From Bdellovibrionota bacterium (lineage in GTDB: Bacteria; Bdellovibrionota_C; UBA2361; OMII01): DNA of 64,000 bases. A program made the translations under genes and the position numbers. The notes beneath the pieces are model-generated. The model was given only the letters and a program-made list of their open reading frames with translations. It searched no databases and had not been told where the DNA came from. The stretch is from assembly GCA_044337105.1 (NCBI GenBank), contig JBIIOE010000005.1, positions 84 through 64,083 of the forward strand. The letters run 5' to 3'. Below are positions 48,135 through 58,541 of the stretch, piece after piece. Each line of letters begins with the position of its first letter. Position 1 is the first letter of the stretch.

Positions 48135-49295
48135 GTGCTGACGATCGCCCTCAAAATGTTGGTTGGAAATCGCGGGAAGTTCTTCGCCATGCTCTTCGGC
48201 GTCGCACTGACGTCGCTGATCATTACGCAGCAGGCATCTATCTTCGTGGGGCTGATGTCGCGTACGGTCGGCTTCATCTGGGATACCTCGCAGCCCGATC
48301 TCTGGATCGTCGATCCGAAGGCTCAATTCGTTGACGACCTCAAGCCACTTCAAGACACAAAGCTTCTGCAGGTTCGAGGAGTAGAGGGCGTTGCGTGGGC
48401 CGTTCCACTGTACAAAGGATCCCTGCGTGCTCGGTTAGCAAACGGAACCTTTCAAACCTGCAACGTGATCGGACTAGATGATGCCACCCTTGTCGGGGGT
48501 CCTCCCACAATGATCGAGGGGCACCTTGCAGATCTACGTCGCGCAGACGGAGTCATCGTCGACGAAGCCGGAGCCACGGGGAAGCTCGCCAAGCGCAGCC
48601 CGATCCCCGGCACTCCTCCCGTTCCGCTCAAAGTAGGAGACACCCTGGAACTCAACGACAATCGCGCCGTGGTCGTTGGAATAGCGCGCACAACCCGAAC
48701 CTTCCAATCTCAGCCAGTCGTGTACACCACGTATTCCCGAGCGATGCGATTTGCACCGCGAGAACGTAAACTGCTGTCTTTCGTTCTTGCAAAGGTTCGC
48801 GACGGCACCGATCCCGGCGTTGTCATCAAGAGAATTGCTCAACAAACCGGGCTGGCAGCGTATACGCCGCAGCAATTCAAAGGGATCACGATCCGCTACT
48901 TCATGCGCAACACCGGTATACCGATCAATTTTGGTATGGCGGTCGGTCTTGGTTTTTTGGTCGGCGTGGCGATCGTTGGACAAACGTTCTACAGCTTTAT
49001 CCTCGACAACATGCGTTACCTCGGCATCCTCAAAGCGATGGGCGCCTCGAACGGAACTTTGTTCACCATGATTGGGCTGCAAACAGCTCTCGTTGGATTC
49101 ATCGGCTGCGGTCTGGGGATGGGGATAGCTTCGTTGACCAGTATCCTAGCAAAGAACTCCGAACTCGCCTTTTGGATGCCTTGGCAGATCCCCGTCGTTA
49201 CAGTGCTCGCGACTGCCCTCATCACGCTGCTCACCATTCTGTTGAGCCTCTGGAAGGTTCTCCGTCTCGAGCCGGCTATCGTCTTTCGGGGATAA
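48135..49295 (+). CDS. ABC exporter permease (FtsX/MacB/DevC-like)
   Basis: N-terminal TM, periplasmic domain, LGILKAMGAS and three C-terminal TMs. Confidence 0.9.
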   Translation: MLTIALKMLVGNRGKFFAMLFGVALTSLIITQQASIFVGLMSRTVGFIWDTSQPDLWIVDPKAQFVDDLKPLQDTKLLQVRGVEGVAWAVPLYKGSLRARLANGTFQTCNVIGLDDATLVGGPPTMIEGHLADLRRADGVIVDEAGATGKLAKRSPIPGTPPVPLKVGDTLELNDNRAVVVGIARTTRTFQSQPVVYTTYSRAMRFAPRERKLLSFVLAKVRDGTDPGVVIKRIAQQTGLAAYTPQQFKGITIRYFMRNTGIPINFGMAVGLGFLVGVAIVGQTFYSFILDNMRYLGILKAMGASNGTLFTMIGLQTALVGFIGCGLGMGIASLTSILAKNSELAFWMPWQIPVVTVLATALITLLTILLSLWKVLRLEPAIVFRG

Positions 49296-49296
49296 C

Positions 49297-50001
49297 ATGA
49301 ACACTGCTATATCTTGCTCAGGCATAACCAAGAGCTACGTGACCAGGACCAGTGTCACCCCCGCCCTGCGAGGCATCGACCTGGAAATCCAAGCTGGAGA
49401 GCTCTTTATGCTCGTAGGTCCCTCTGGTTGTGGGAAAACAACGCTCATTTCGATCATTGCTGGAATCCTGACCCAAGATGGCGGATCGTGTCGTGTCTTC
49501 GATCAAGACATGAAGGCGATGAGTGATATCGAGCGCACCTCGTATCGCGGAAAGAACGTCGGCTTTGTGTTCCAGTCGTACAACCTCATACCATCGCTGA
49601 CCACGACGGAGAACGTGAGCATCCCACTACTCTTGAACGGAATATCCCGCGCCTCCGCCCACGAACGAGCAGAGGAGGTCTTGGTGGAAGTAGGCCTTAA
49701 GGACAAGCTCAAGACCCTGCCGACGGAGCTCTCGGGCGGCCAACAGCAACGTGTAGCCATCGCCCGAGCGCTGGTACACAATCCCAAGCTCATCGTGTGC
49801 GACGAACCGACGAGCGCCCTCGATCATACGACGGGAGAGGAGATTATGGAGCTCTTCCGCGCAGAAGCTATGCTAGGGAAGAGAACTCTTGTCATTGTGA
49901 CTCACGACGCACGTATCTTTCGCTTTGCCGATAGGATCGGAGCGATGGACGATGGAAGAATTACCAAAGTAGCGAACTCACCTGCGGAGTTCGGCGTTTA
50001 A
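49297..50001 (+). CDS. ABC transporter ATP-binding protein (LolD/MacB-like)
   Basis: GPSGCGKTT, LSGGQQQR, DEPTSALD and VTHD. Confidence 0.95.
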   Translation: MNTAISCSGITKSYVTRTSVTPALRGIDLEIQAGELFMLVGPSGCGKTTLISIIAGILTQDGGSCRVFDQDMKAMSDIERTSYRGKNVGFVFQSYNLIPSLTTTENVSIPLLLNGISRASAHERAEEVLVEVGLKDKLKTLPTELSGGQQQRVAIARALVHNPKLIVCDEPTSALDHTTGEEIMELFRAEAMLGKRTLVIVTHDARIFRFADRIGAMDDGRITKVANSPAEFGV

Positions 50002-50022
50002 CAAACTGCATCTCGGGGAACC

Positions 50023-50925
50023 ATGATTCGATTCTACATACTTCCTGCTTTAGCGCTCGTAGGAATCATTTTCGTCATCCGCACGGTGATCGCTGGAAGC
50101 GTCCCGGCTCCTGTGGCTGCCCCCGTGGTCGAGCCCGCCAAGGCACCGTTCGAAACCTTCGTAGCGGGCTCAGGTATCGTCGAATCGATCTCTGAGAACA
50201 TCGCTATAGCTTCGGCGTTGCCCGGAGTCGTCAGAGAGGTCTTCGTCAAAGCGGGAGACCCGATCTCGGTGAATCAACCGCTCTTTTCGTTGGACAATCG
50301 CGAGTCGATGGCAGAGCTTTCAGTTCGGAAAGCTCAGGTAGAGAGAGCCAAGGCTCAACTAGCAGACGCTCAGACTCAACTCTCTATCTACAAGACTGTG
50401 GGAGATGCTCGCGCAATCACTCGTGGAGAGCTGCTCAAGCGTGAGAGCGCTGTCGAGATATCGAAAGCAGCGCTCGCAGAAGCGGAGTCTCTCGTAAAAG
50501 CGACCGAAACAACCCTGGAACGAATAGTTGTTCGTTCTCCGATTAACGGGACCGTACTGCAGTCGAAGATTCGCATCGGCGAATTCGCTCCTGCTCAATC
50601 CCTCTCGTCGCCCCTGATGATAGTCGGGACGACCTCGCCGCTGGCCGTACGCGTTGACGTCGACGAGAACGATGCATGGAGAGTGAAATCCGGCAGCTCC
50701 GCATCGGCGGTACTGCGCGGAAATACGTCAATCACCTTCCCCCTCTCCTTTGTAAGGTTTGAGCCTTACGTGATTCCAAAACGCTCACTGACAGGAGAGA
50801 GCTCTGAGCGCGTGGATACTCGCGTTCTTCAAACTGTCTACTCTTTTGACAACAAGAATCTACCGATATATGTCGGACAGCTGGTGGATGTCTTCATCGA
50901 AACCACGGAAAAGCTGCCAGAGTAG
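50023..50925 (+). CDS. Periplasmic adaptor (MFP/HlyD family)
   Basis: PGVVREVFVKAGD, alpha-hairpin, VRSPINGTV and VDVDEND. Confidence 0.9.
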   Translation: MIRFYILPALALVGIIFVIRTVIAGSVPAPVAAPVVEPAKAPFETFVAGSGIVESISENIAIASALPGVVREVFVKAGDPISVNQPLFSLDNRESMAELSVRKAQVERAKAQLADAQTQLSIYKTVGDARAITRGELLKRESAVEISKAALAEAESLVKATETTLERIVVRSPINGTVLQSKIRIGEFAPAQSLSSPLMIVGTTSPLAVRVDVDENDAWRVKSGSSASAVLRGNTSITFPLSFVRFEPYVIPKRSLTGESSERVDTRVLQTVYSFDNKNLPIYVGQLVDVFIETTEKLPE

Positions 50926-50942
50926 CCCAGGTAACGACCAAC

Positions 50943-51992
50943 CTACGGATACGAAACCAACTGCAACCCCTTGTCGACGACGACGAACCACGCGCGATTT
51001 TCCTCGCTCTTCACCAATGCCATGTCCATCATCGAGTCCTCTTGAGCCCTCGAGTACACGACTGTTCGTTTCCATATATCTTCTGGGCCATATATGACGA
51101 GCTGTTTCGGTCCAAGCGCTGCCACGTGCCGTTTTCCATCAATCATGAAATCAACGAACTTCGAAAACCCGTACTGCGCATCGTCCTTATCGACGATCTG
51201 AAGAGCGTACTTTTTGGTTTGGGGATCCTTCCGTAAAAGGCTGACACGCCCCTGCGCGAGCTGACCGTAATTTTGATGCCATCCGTCAGCGACAAAGATG
51301 GAGGGGTCGTCCGGATCTCCCACCAACCTAACAGCACGAACTCCACGATAGCTCGGGAGCAGCTCTCGCATGCCATCCTTCAAGAGTGCGAGATCGCCGT
51401 CCTGTCCTTGAATGTCACCGTACGGTCGCCCCACAACGATAAGCTTACCATGCGCATCTACTGCGGTGCCCATGCGCAGCGACGAAACCTCCTCGAAGCG
51501 CCACGGAGCATCCTCCGAAGGGCTGAGAAAGCCGATCTTAGTCACGTACTTGGATTCGAAAAAGGCGATACCAGCCTTCGATGGAGCGCCCTTGGCGCTG
51601 AGCCACTTCAGGAAGGGAACCTCTGCCCTCTCACTGGAAAAAGAGAAAACCTCTCGTGAGCTTTTCAGATCCTTCGTGAAGGAGAGCACCCGGACCGGCG
51701 CATCGAGAGCCGTACGTCCCATCCCCGTAGCAACGAGGTACTGCGTCGGCGATGCCGTCACCTGCCACACATTTCCCGGCACATTCACGCTCACTCGCTC
51801 GCGTAGAGAGCCGCCTTCGACCGTTACTATCGAAAGCTTACCCGACTGAGGCTCGAAGGTAGCCACTTCGTCTTGAAGTCCAAAAACTGCTGAGACGCCC
51901 TCACTCTTTGGGCTTTGAGCATGCACGCTCGAAAACAACCCAGTTGTCAGCAGCGCCACTACACACAGTTTACTGAACTTGAATACACCCAT
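50943..51992 (-). CDS. Exported beta-rich (propeller-like) hypothetical protein
   Basis: Signal peptide ..SSVHAQ; repeated short beta strands. Confidence 0.65.
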   Translation of the reverse strand: MGVFKFSKLCVVALLTTGLFSSVHAQSPKSEGVSAVFGLQDEVATFEPQSGKLSIVTVEGGSLRERVSVNVPGNVWQVTASPTQYLVATGMGRTALDAPVRVLSFTKDLKSSREVFSFSSERAEVPFLKWLSAKGAPSKAGIAFFESKYVTKIGFLSPSEDAPWRFEEVSSLRMGTAVDAHGKLIVVGRPYGDIQGQDGDLALLKDGMRELLPSYRGVRAVRLVGDPDDPSIFVADGWHQNYGQLAQGRVSLLRKDPQTKKYALQIVDKDDAQYGFSKFVDFMIDGKRHVAALGPKQLVIYGPEDIWKRTVVYSRAQEDSMMDMALVKSEENRAWFVVVDKGLQLVSYP

Positions 51993-52074
51993 ATATTCCT
52001 CCGATAAGCACTTACAGTGTGCATTCGATCTGCATCTGTGAAAATACCGAAACCGCTATAAGGGAGACCACTAA

Positions 52075-53484
52075 CTACCGAGTGCTCAAGGCCCGAGCGG
52101 CGCTGATAATTCCAGGCGTTGCCAACCTGCCCTGCAGATCGGGGAGTGGCTTGGAAGATCGCTTCAGGATCGAGATCACCTGCGCCGGCGTTAGTTGTGG
52201 TCTTTCAGAGAGCACGAGAGCTGCCGCCCCACTGACAAAAGGAGCTGCCATCGACGTTCCATCGAAGGGCAAATAAAAGCCAAAGAGAAACGAGCTCCAG
52301 ATGAAAACTCCTGGCGCGCCCACGTCGACGGTTTTTTCTCCGTAATTCGAAAACGACGCGAGCCGACCGGATGAATCGAGCGCCGCGACGGAGATCACGT
52401 TTGGAGAAGGATAGTTCGCCGGATAGGTCGGCTCTTCGTCGTTGTTTTTACCGTCGTTACCAGCCGCCGCGACGAACACGATCCCGTATCGATTCGCCTC
52501 ATCCAGAAGCTCTTTGAATGACTCTAAATACTCACCGCCCCCAAGAGATGCCGAGATGACGCGGATATTCTCGCCACGCTTGCGAAGATCAATGGCGTAG
52601 CGAACCGCCTTGAGCAACCCCACAGTGTCTCCCTCGCCCTTGGCATTCAGAACTCGCAGCGGCAAGAGCTTCACACGTGGGGCGACCCCACACAGCCCAC
52701 GATTGTTGTCGAGCGACGCTGCTATGATACCGGCACAGTGCGTACCGTGAAACATCTCGTCGTTCGGATTGCTGTCGTTGTCGACGATATCCCAGCCGTT
52801 GACGTCATCTACGAATCCATTTTTATCATCGTCGATACCGTTATTCGCGATCTCACCCGGGTTACGCCATATATTAGAGACCAAGTCCGGATGGTTCAGG
52901 TAGACCCCTGTATCGACAACCGCAACTACGAGATCGGGATTACCCACTGAGATCTCCCACGCCGCCAAGGCATCGATATCAACTCCCGACACACCTCCGA
53001 GCACTCCAGTATTTTTTATGCCCCAGAGGAATCCCAACCGGTACAGGAAATCATTCGGCTCAGCGAAGGCGTTGACGCGGTAGTTCGGCTCCACCCGAGA
53101 AACCAACCCTCTTCGTTTGAGCTTCTGAAGCTTCGCATTGTTCACGGAGGCCCCACTTAACAAGAACGAGGCCCCCGAGATCTGCGATCCAGTTCGGAGA
53201 CCGAAAAGTCTAGCGATCTCTCTCAGAAGTATGTGGCTACTGGGAGCCTCAATCCTGTGCCGCCTTCTGAGTGAGTCCCTGGCGATACGAAACGCAGAGG
53301 GTTGCAGTTTGACCAAAACCTGTCCCTTCCTGCTGACGGATGATGCAAAGCCGGTGAAGGGCCCTTCGGGAAGATCGCCAGGCGGCAGTAGGTTAGCTGA
53401 TTGCGCGACTCCTTCTGATGCGAACAAAGACACGCATACCAACAGCGCCACAAGTGCGCGATTCCAGAAAATCCCTGCATCCAT
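52075..53484 (-). CDS. S8 subtilisin-like serine peptidase
   Basis: Catalytic VVDTG, HGTHCAG and GTSMAAP; oxyanion AAGNDG; signal peptide and prodomain. Confidence 0.95.
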   Translation of the reverse strand: MDAGIFWNRALVALLVCVSLFASEGVAQSANLLPPGDLPEGPFTGFASSVSRKGQVLVKLQPSAFRIARDSLRRRHRIEAPSSHILLREIARLFGLRTGSQISGASFLLSGASVNNAKLQKLKRRGLVSRVEPNYRVNAFAEPNDFLYRLGFLWGIKNTGVLGGVSGVDIDALAAWEISVGNPDLVVAVVDTGVYLNHPDLVSNIWRNPGEIANNGIDDDKNGFVDDVNGWDIVDNDSNPNDEMFHGTHCAGIIAASLDNNRGLCGVAPRVKLLPLRVLNAKGEGDTVGLLKAVRYAIDLRKRGENIRVISASLGGGEYLESFKELLDEANRYGIVFVAAAGNDGKNNDEEPTYPANYPSPNVISVAALDSSGRLASFSNYGEKTVDVGAPGVFIWSSFLFGFYLPFDGTSMAAPFVSGAAALVLSERPQLTPAQVISILKRSSKPLPDLQGRLATPGIISAARALSTR

Positions 53485-53612
53485 GCATTCCTCGCCAAGC
53501 CAAACTATCCCAACTTCGTTATGGTGAAACGCTCAACCAGCGTGCGCTAGTATCTGACAAAAAAACCAAGAATAATTCCCAGATCTTAACGGCCCATCAC
53601 TGCCGCTTCGGA

Positions 53613-54509
53613 CTATCTGCGGCGCTCCAGGACAACCATCCACAGCGAAGTTCCTACGACTACCAGGGCGCCGCATGTTTGAAGCGTGGTAAGGCCCTCG
53701 TTGAATACCAACCACGCTATCGGAGCTGCGATCACCGGGCCTACACAGCGCAATGCAGAGGCTAACCAAGCCGGTACCTCCTTCAAAGAGAAGAACCACA
53801 GACCCGTACTCAAGACATAAAAGACCACTACCGTAGCCAGAGCGTAGTACCATCCCGTTACATGCTCTGGGCTACCGATGTACGAATCAGGGGAAGTTGC
53901 TATGAGAAACGGGATAAGCACGACTCCACCGATGAGCTGTGAGAGACCACTCGCGTAAAAAGCCCCCATCTGCTGGGCATAGCGCTGAGATGGGCCGTAC
54001 AACGCCGCATTTCCGGTCACCGCAACTAAGATCAAAAGATCTCCAAGAGTGTCTGCCGAAATGACCAGGGAGCCGCCCGTGGACAGAACTATTGCTCCCG
54101 CAAGATGGATCGCGAGGAGAAGTACATGAGCGGGCGTGGTCCTATGACCATAAAAAACGATCTGAATGAGCAAGACGATGTACGGCTCTATCTTGGTCAG
54201 GAACATCGTCTTCGTGCTACTTGTCAGCGTGAGGCAGTACCCAAACAAGAGCGAAATTACTGCCGAACGAAGGATAGAGAAGAGTATGAAGGAGATGGTG
54301 ACCGAAGATACAGCATTCCTTATCTGTCGGCTGCCGGTAAGGTAGCCCGCAGAGAGCAGACACGCCCCACCAAGGAGCGACGAGATACAGATGACAGGAA
54401 CGGGGGCAAGGCGGGCTATCGCCTCACCCTCGAATATCCATCCGATACTCGAGAGCATCGATGCCAACAGGATGGCGCACACCCCGGCGATAAATCTCTC
54501 CTGCTTCAT
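53613..54509 (-). CDS. EamA/DMT-family transporter
   Basis: About 10 TMs in two EamA repeats. Confidence 0.85.
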   Translation of the reverse strand: MKQERFIAGVCAILLASMLSSIGWIFEGEAIARLAPVPVICISSLLGGACLLSAGYLTGSRQIRNAVSSVTISFILFSILRSAVISLLFGYCLTLTSSTKTMFLTKIEPYIVLLIQIVFYGHRTTPAHVLLLAIHLAGAIVLSTGGSLVISADTLGDLLILVAVTGNAALYGPSQRYAQQMGAFYASGLSQLIGGVVLIPFLIATSPDSYIGSPEHVTGWYYALATVVVFYVLSTGLWFFSLKEVPAWLASALRCVGPVIAAPIAWLVFNEGLTTLQTCGALVVVGTSLWMVVLERRR

Positions 54510-54538
54510 CAGTTATCGCTAACGGTCGCACGCATTTA

Positions 54539-54598
54539 AGCGGTGCGTTAGCACCGCTGTGCGGCACAACCACACTCGCGCGTGGTTGTGCCGCTTTT
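54539..54598. terminator. Tandem hairpins immediately downstream of glnA
   Basis: AGCGGTGC-gtta-GCACCGCT (54539-58) and perfect 13-bp GCGGCACAACCAC/GTGGTTGTGCCGC (54561-94); the T-tract is on the + strand only. Confidence 0.55.
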
Positions 54599-54600
54599 CA

Positions 54601-56046
54601 TTAGAAGTTCTTCCAGATGTGCTGATTGGTTACTTCGTGATGGAAGATTACCTCGCCAGTCTTGACGAGCGTACCCAGCTCACGCGGGCAGCGATCGGCC
54701 GCCGCAACTTTTCGCTCGATGAACTTCTCCTTCGGAATCTCTCCCAACATCTCTGTGACGAAATCGCTTTGCTTACAGAGGCGAATTGCGTCGTAGATGT
54801 TGCCGGGAAGGAATCGCGTGCGAGAGCGACGATTCTCCGTCACCTGCTGGTCGTTCTTTGGTCCTATCAAACCTGTATGGAGAATCGACAGGAAAGTCAG
54901 GTATGGATTCGCATCGGGCGCTACCGTACGCACCTCTATACGAGCAGACTTTTCGTTTCCAAGGGGAATACGAATCATCGATGTACGGTCTACCGCGGAG
55001 GAGCGTATCTGATTTGGCGCTTCGAAGTTTGGATCGAGGCGGCGATACGCATTCACGCTGGAGTTAATCAACAGACACATGTCGTTAGCGTTGTTCAGGA
55101 TTCTGTCGATAAAATCCCACGCGCTCGAGCTCAAGCCGTCCTCACCTTGGGCATCATAGAAGAGGTTCTTTCCCTTCTTGGACAAGGAGAGGTTAGTGTG
55201 CATTCCACTCCCATTGATCCCAGCGATCGGCTTCGGCAGAAAACTCGCAGTCAGGCCGTTGTTGGCCGCAATTTGACGAGCTGTCAACTTGTAGAGCTGC
55301 ACCTGGTCTGCGGCTAACAGCGCATCGCAGTAGGTATAGTTCAATTCGAACTGGGAGGGAGCAACCTCAGGATGATCCTTCTCGTTCTCGAAAGCCATAG
55401 CTCTTTGCGCTTCAGCTAGCGCATCGATGAAGGTCTTGAGCGGATCACGAGGGAGAGAGTTGTAGTACCCGCTGCTCGATACGAGATCAAAACCACTCAA
55501 TTCGTTGAAACGCTGCTCTGCGTCTATCCCATTAAAGAGGAACCCTTCGCACTCAACAGAGATGTTGGCGATTACGCCCTCCCTCGAATACAGGTCGTCG
55601 CAGAACATCTTGAGGCGACCGCGCATGTCGGACATGTATCCGTTGCCATCCTTGTCTTTGATGAGCGCAAAGACCATCACCTTGCCAGGTCCGAACACAT
55701 CGCTCGGTAGCCAGCGAAATGATCCCCAATCTATCTCGAGACGAAGGTCTGATTCTTTTACGACGGAGAAACCGCGAATCGATGAGCCATCGAAGGTCAG
55801 ATTGTCGTACGACTTCAGGAGAAACTTCTTGTCGTAATCCAACATGTGGAAACGCCCTTCGATGTCAGTGAAGCATACCGTCACAGCTTTGATACGCTTC
55901 TCCTCGTGCAAGTACCGCAGATAGTACTCCGTGAGCTCCCCTTCAGGGGTACGCTTGGCGACCTTCTCTTTGGCCTCCAAATTCAAATCTTCTAGCTCGT
56001 CGTAGGGTATTTCCAGAAAGTTCCTGAGAGTCGTCTCCATAGCCAC
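54601..56046 (-). CDS. glnA: Glutamine synthetase (type I)
   Basis: FDGSS, ECEGF, PEVAPSQFE, PKP..NGSGMH, EAP, IRIP and RIEVR; metal ligands present. Confidence 0.92.
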   Translation of the reverse strand: MAMETTLRNFLEIPYDELEDLNLEAKEKVAKRTPEGELTEYYLRYLHEEKRIKAVTVCFTDIEGRFHMLDYDKKFLLKSYDNLTFDGSSIRGFSVVKESDLRLEIDWGSFRWLPSDVFGPGKVMVFALIKDKDGNGYMSDMRGRLKMFCDDLYSREGVIANISVECEGFLFNGIDAEQRFNELSGFDLVSSSGYYNSLPRDPLKTFIDALAEAQRAMAFENEKDHPEVAPSQFELNYTYCDALLAADQVQLYKLTARQIAANNGLTASFLPKPIAGINGSGMHTNLSLSKKGKNLFYDAQGEDGLSSSAWDFIDRILNNANDMCLLINSSVNAYRRLDPNFEAPNQIRSSAVDRTSMIRIPLGNEKSARIEVRTVAPDANPYLTFLSILHTGLIGPKNDQQVTENRRSRTRFLPGNIYDAIRLCKQSDFVTEMLGEIPKEKFIERKVAAADRCPRELGTLVKTGEVIFHHEVTNQHIWKNF

Positions 56047-56640
56047 TTATCCTTAAAAAGAGGAAATTTAACCTTAAATACCACCAAATAAGGACTAGGG
56101 GCCACATATTTATCGTTGAGAACCGTAGTTTTATGCCGCCGCACAACACTTCAGGACGCGAGTCGCTAGAACCCGCAGCCCGGGGATCAGGACGCCGCTT
56201 GGCTCAACAGGCTGCTGACATGAAATACAATCGAATTGTTACTACATTAGCTCCACTCGAGGAGCGCTTCCTTTTCTTGCTCGGGCCCCTTTAGACGGGA
56301 GAGGCCATATTACTGCAGGAGCTCTCTTCGGCAGAGATTCGCCGCGGACCAAGCGCATACACATCTTGGTTGAGCGCTCGTCTAGCCGAAACAGCGGCGG
56401 TCGCTCTTCCACCGAATGAGCCTTCCGTATTTTGCACAACCCTGGATAACGACCAGAACGACCAGTGAAGCTCTGCGACGTGCTGACGCCCCCTTTTCTT
56501 TCCGCTGGACTGCCGTTTTGCCGGGGAACGCATAGCAGGGAGGGCCCGTCCGGTATTGATGAAGGCTTCATTTACGACGAACACTGCCCTTCATTGGATA
56601 CTCATGTACAGCTTATCCACCCCTACCCTTTTAATTCACA

Positions 56641-56670
56641 TTGACAAGACCCGGAGATCTGGGGGAAAAT
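56641..56670 (+). promoter_or_regulatory. Candidate sigma70 promoter giving a leaderless transcript
   Basis: TTGACA-18 nt-GAAAAT-7 nt-ATG (56678); no SD. Confidence 0.45.
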
Positions 56671-56677
56671 TCCGAGT

Positions 56678-57895
56678 ATGCTCAAGCGATCTATTAACCT
56701 ATCGACTCAACAGAGTTTTTTCCTCTTTGGAGCTCGTGGCACGGGCAAGACGAGTCTAGTTAAAGAGCTTTATTCAGTGAGTCATACATCGAGCAAGGCG
56801 CTGTACCTCGATCTTCTAAATCTAGATCTCGAGGCCAAATACCAGCTGAATCCGGAGCAGTTGTTTAAAGAGCTCGAGGCCCTACCACCTGAGACCAAGA
56901 CGGTCATTATCGATGAGATTCAGAAGGTGCCGAAGTTGCTCGATGTGGTGCACAGAAAGATCGAGAACTCCTCATTGCAATTTGTGCTCACAGGGTCGAG
57001 CGCTCGCAAGCTCAAGCTTGGTGGGGCTAACTTGCTTGCGGGGCGTGCGGTCGTATTTAATCTCTTTCCTCTTACTGCTAATGAGCTAGGCGAGCGACTC
57101 GATCTGCAAAACGCTCTGATGTTCGGTACACTCCCACGCATAATCAACCTAGCCGATGCGACCGAGAAACGACGAAGCCTTAAAGCTTATGCGAACACCT
57201 ATTTGAAAGAAGAGGTGTGGGGTGAGCAGTTAGTGCGCAAAATCGAGCCTTTTAGGCGGTTCCTCCAGATCGCCGCTCAAACTCACGGGCAGCCCGTTAA
57301 CTACAATAAAATTTCCCGTAGTGTCGGTGTCGATGACAGCACTGTCCGTTCTTACTACTCTATTCTTGAGGATACACTGGTGGGATTCTTTCTCTCGGCT
57401 TATGCCGGGTCTGAGCGGCAAAAGCTCCGAAAAACTCCGAAGTTTTACCTCTTTGATAACGGGGTGAAGCGAGCACTGGACGGCAGTATCGATTTCGACC
57501 TCCAACACGGGTCGTTTGAGTACGGGATTCTTTTTGAGCAATTTGTACTCGTCGAGATATTACGCCGCCTCGCATATCGTGAGTTGTCGATAACCCCCTC
57601 TTTTCTAGCAACTGAAGGAGGAGCCGAAATAGACCTTATTTTGGAACGCGCAGGTGTAGTAGTAGCCTTAATCGAGATCAAGTCAGGTAGCAAGATTGAC
57701 GGCCAGGACCTGCGTCACATTCGAGCACTTGGCCCCGATTTTAAGCGTGCTCGGTCTTACTGCTTGTATGGCGGAGATACTCGATACCTCGAGGGGAACA
57801 TTATCGTTTCGCCTTGGTTAACGGGCATAGAGGAAATAGTCAGCGATGTAACGCGGGGCACTGCAGCATCAGATCGTGTACCACTCTCACGATGA
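56678..57895 (+). CDS. AAA_14 ATPase with DUF4143 domain
   Basis: GARGTGKT, IIDEIQK, LTGSSARKL, KTPKFYLFDNG, GILFEQFV and EIDLIL..IEIKS. Confidence 0.92.
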   Translation: MLKRSINLSTQQSFFLFGARGTGKTSLVKELYSVSHTSSKALYLDLLNLDLEAKYQLNPEQLFKELEALPPETKTVIIDEIQKVPKLLDVVHRKIENSSLQFVLTGSSARKLKLGGANLLAGRAVVFNLFPLTANELGERLDLQNALMFGTLPRIINLADATEKRRSLKAYANTYLKEEVWGEQLVRKIEPFRRFLQIAAQTHGQPVNYNKISRSVGVDDSTVRSYYSILEDTLVGFFLSAYAGSERQKLRKTPKFYLFDNGVKRALDGSIDFDLQHGSFEYGILFEQFVLVEILRRLAYRELSITPSFLATEGGAEIDLILERAGVVVALIEIKSGSKIDGQDLRHIRALGPDFKRARSYCLYGGDTRYLEGNIIVSPWLTGIEEIVSDVTRGTAASDRVPLSR

Positions 57896-58541
57896 GCTGG
57901 AGCACGTCTACGAGTCCAGATTCAAACACCAGTACGGCTGACTACGAAACAGCGCTGTTCTGCGCTTGTCTTTGGCTCTATCCGTGAGTCTCACGTAGAA
58001 ACCTATCGCAACGTGTTCCTCCAGTACTACAAAGATCATCGGCAATTGCGCAGCAGAGATAACCCGCATATCCAAGCAGCTGCATGGTTTAGTTCTCTAT
58101 AAGGCAAACGTTTCGCAGTTCTCAGAACTGACAGAGTCAAGCGCAGCACCAGGCAACAAATAGCAATTTGCCCCAGTAAATTTTAGGCCGAAGGCCTTTC
58201 AAGAAAGGGACTAAGGAGCTACAGCCTAGTCGCGTAGCCTGTCTCAGTCTTTTTGCAAATTGCTATACAAGAGCCGCACAGGGCCTCGATGGCAGCAGGG
58301 ATACACACGGACATAGTGTTGCGGACATCCCCGAATTTTCGAGGCGTTTCATCGAGCAGATTCGAGAGTGACGCCGCGCGCGTCAGGCACTAAAGCGGAC
58401 AGCGTGAGCGATCGGCAGGGAGCGGTTAGAGTGGTAGGGGGTAAGGGGGGTAGGGGTAGGCGATTGGAACCTATGGCGCACAGAGTGGCCAAACGGATAC
58501 CAACTGACTACCCCTTAAGCCCTGGGCTGCATCATCCAGCC

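Noticed and set aside
54559-55317. 252-aa plus-strand ORF
   Set aside because: Antisense shadow of glnA; no motifs
56242-56584. Short minus ORFs as REP-associated/IS200 transposase remnants
   Set aside because: Only a vague FW..SRVV resemblance; no HUH motif or catalytic Tyr context
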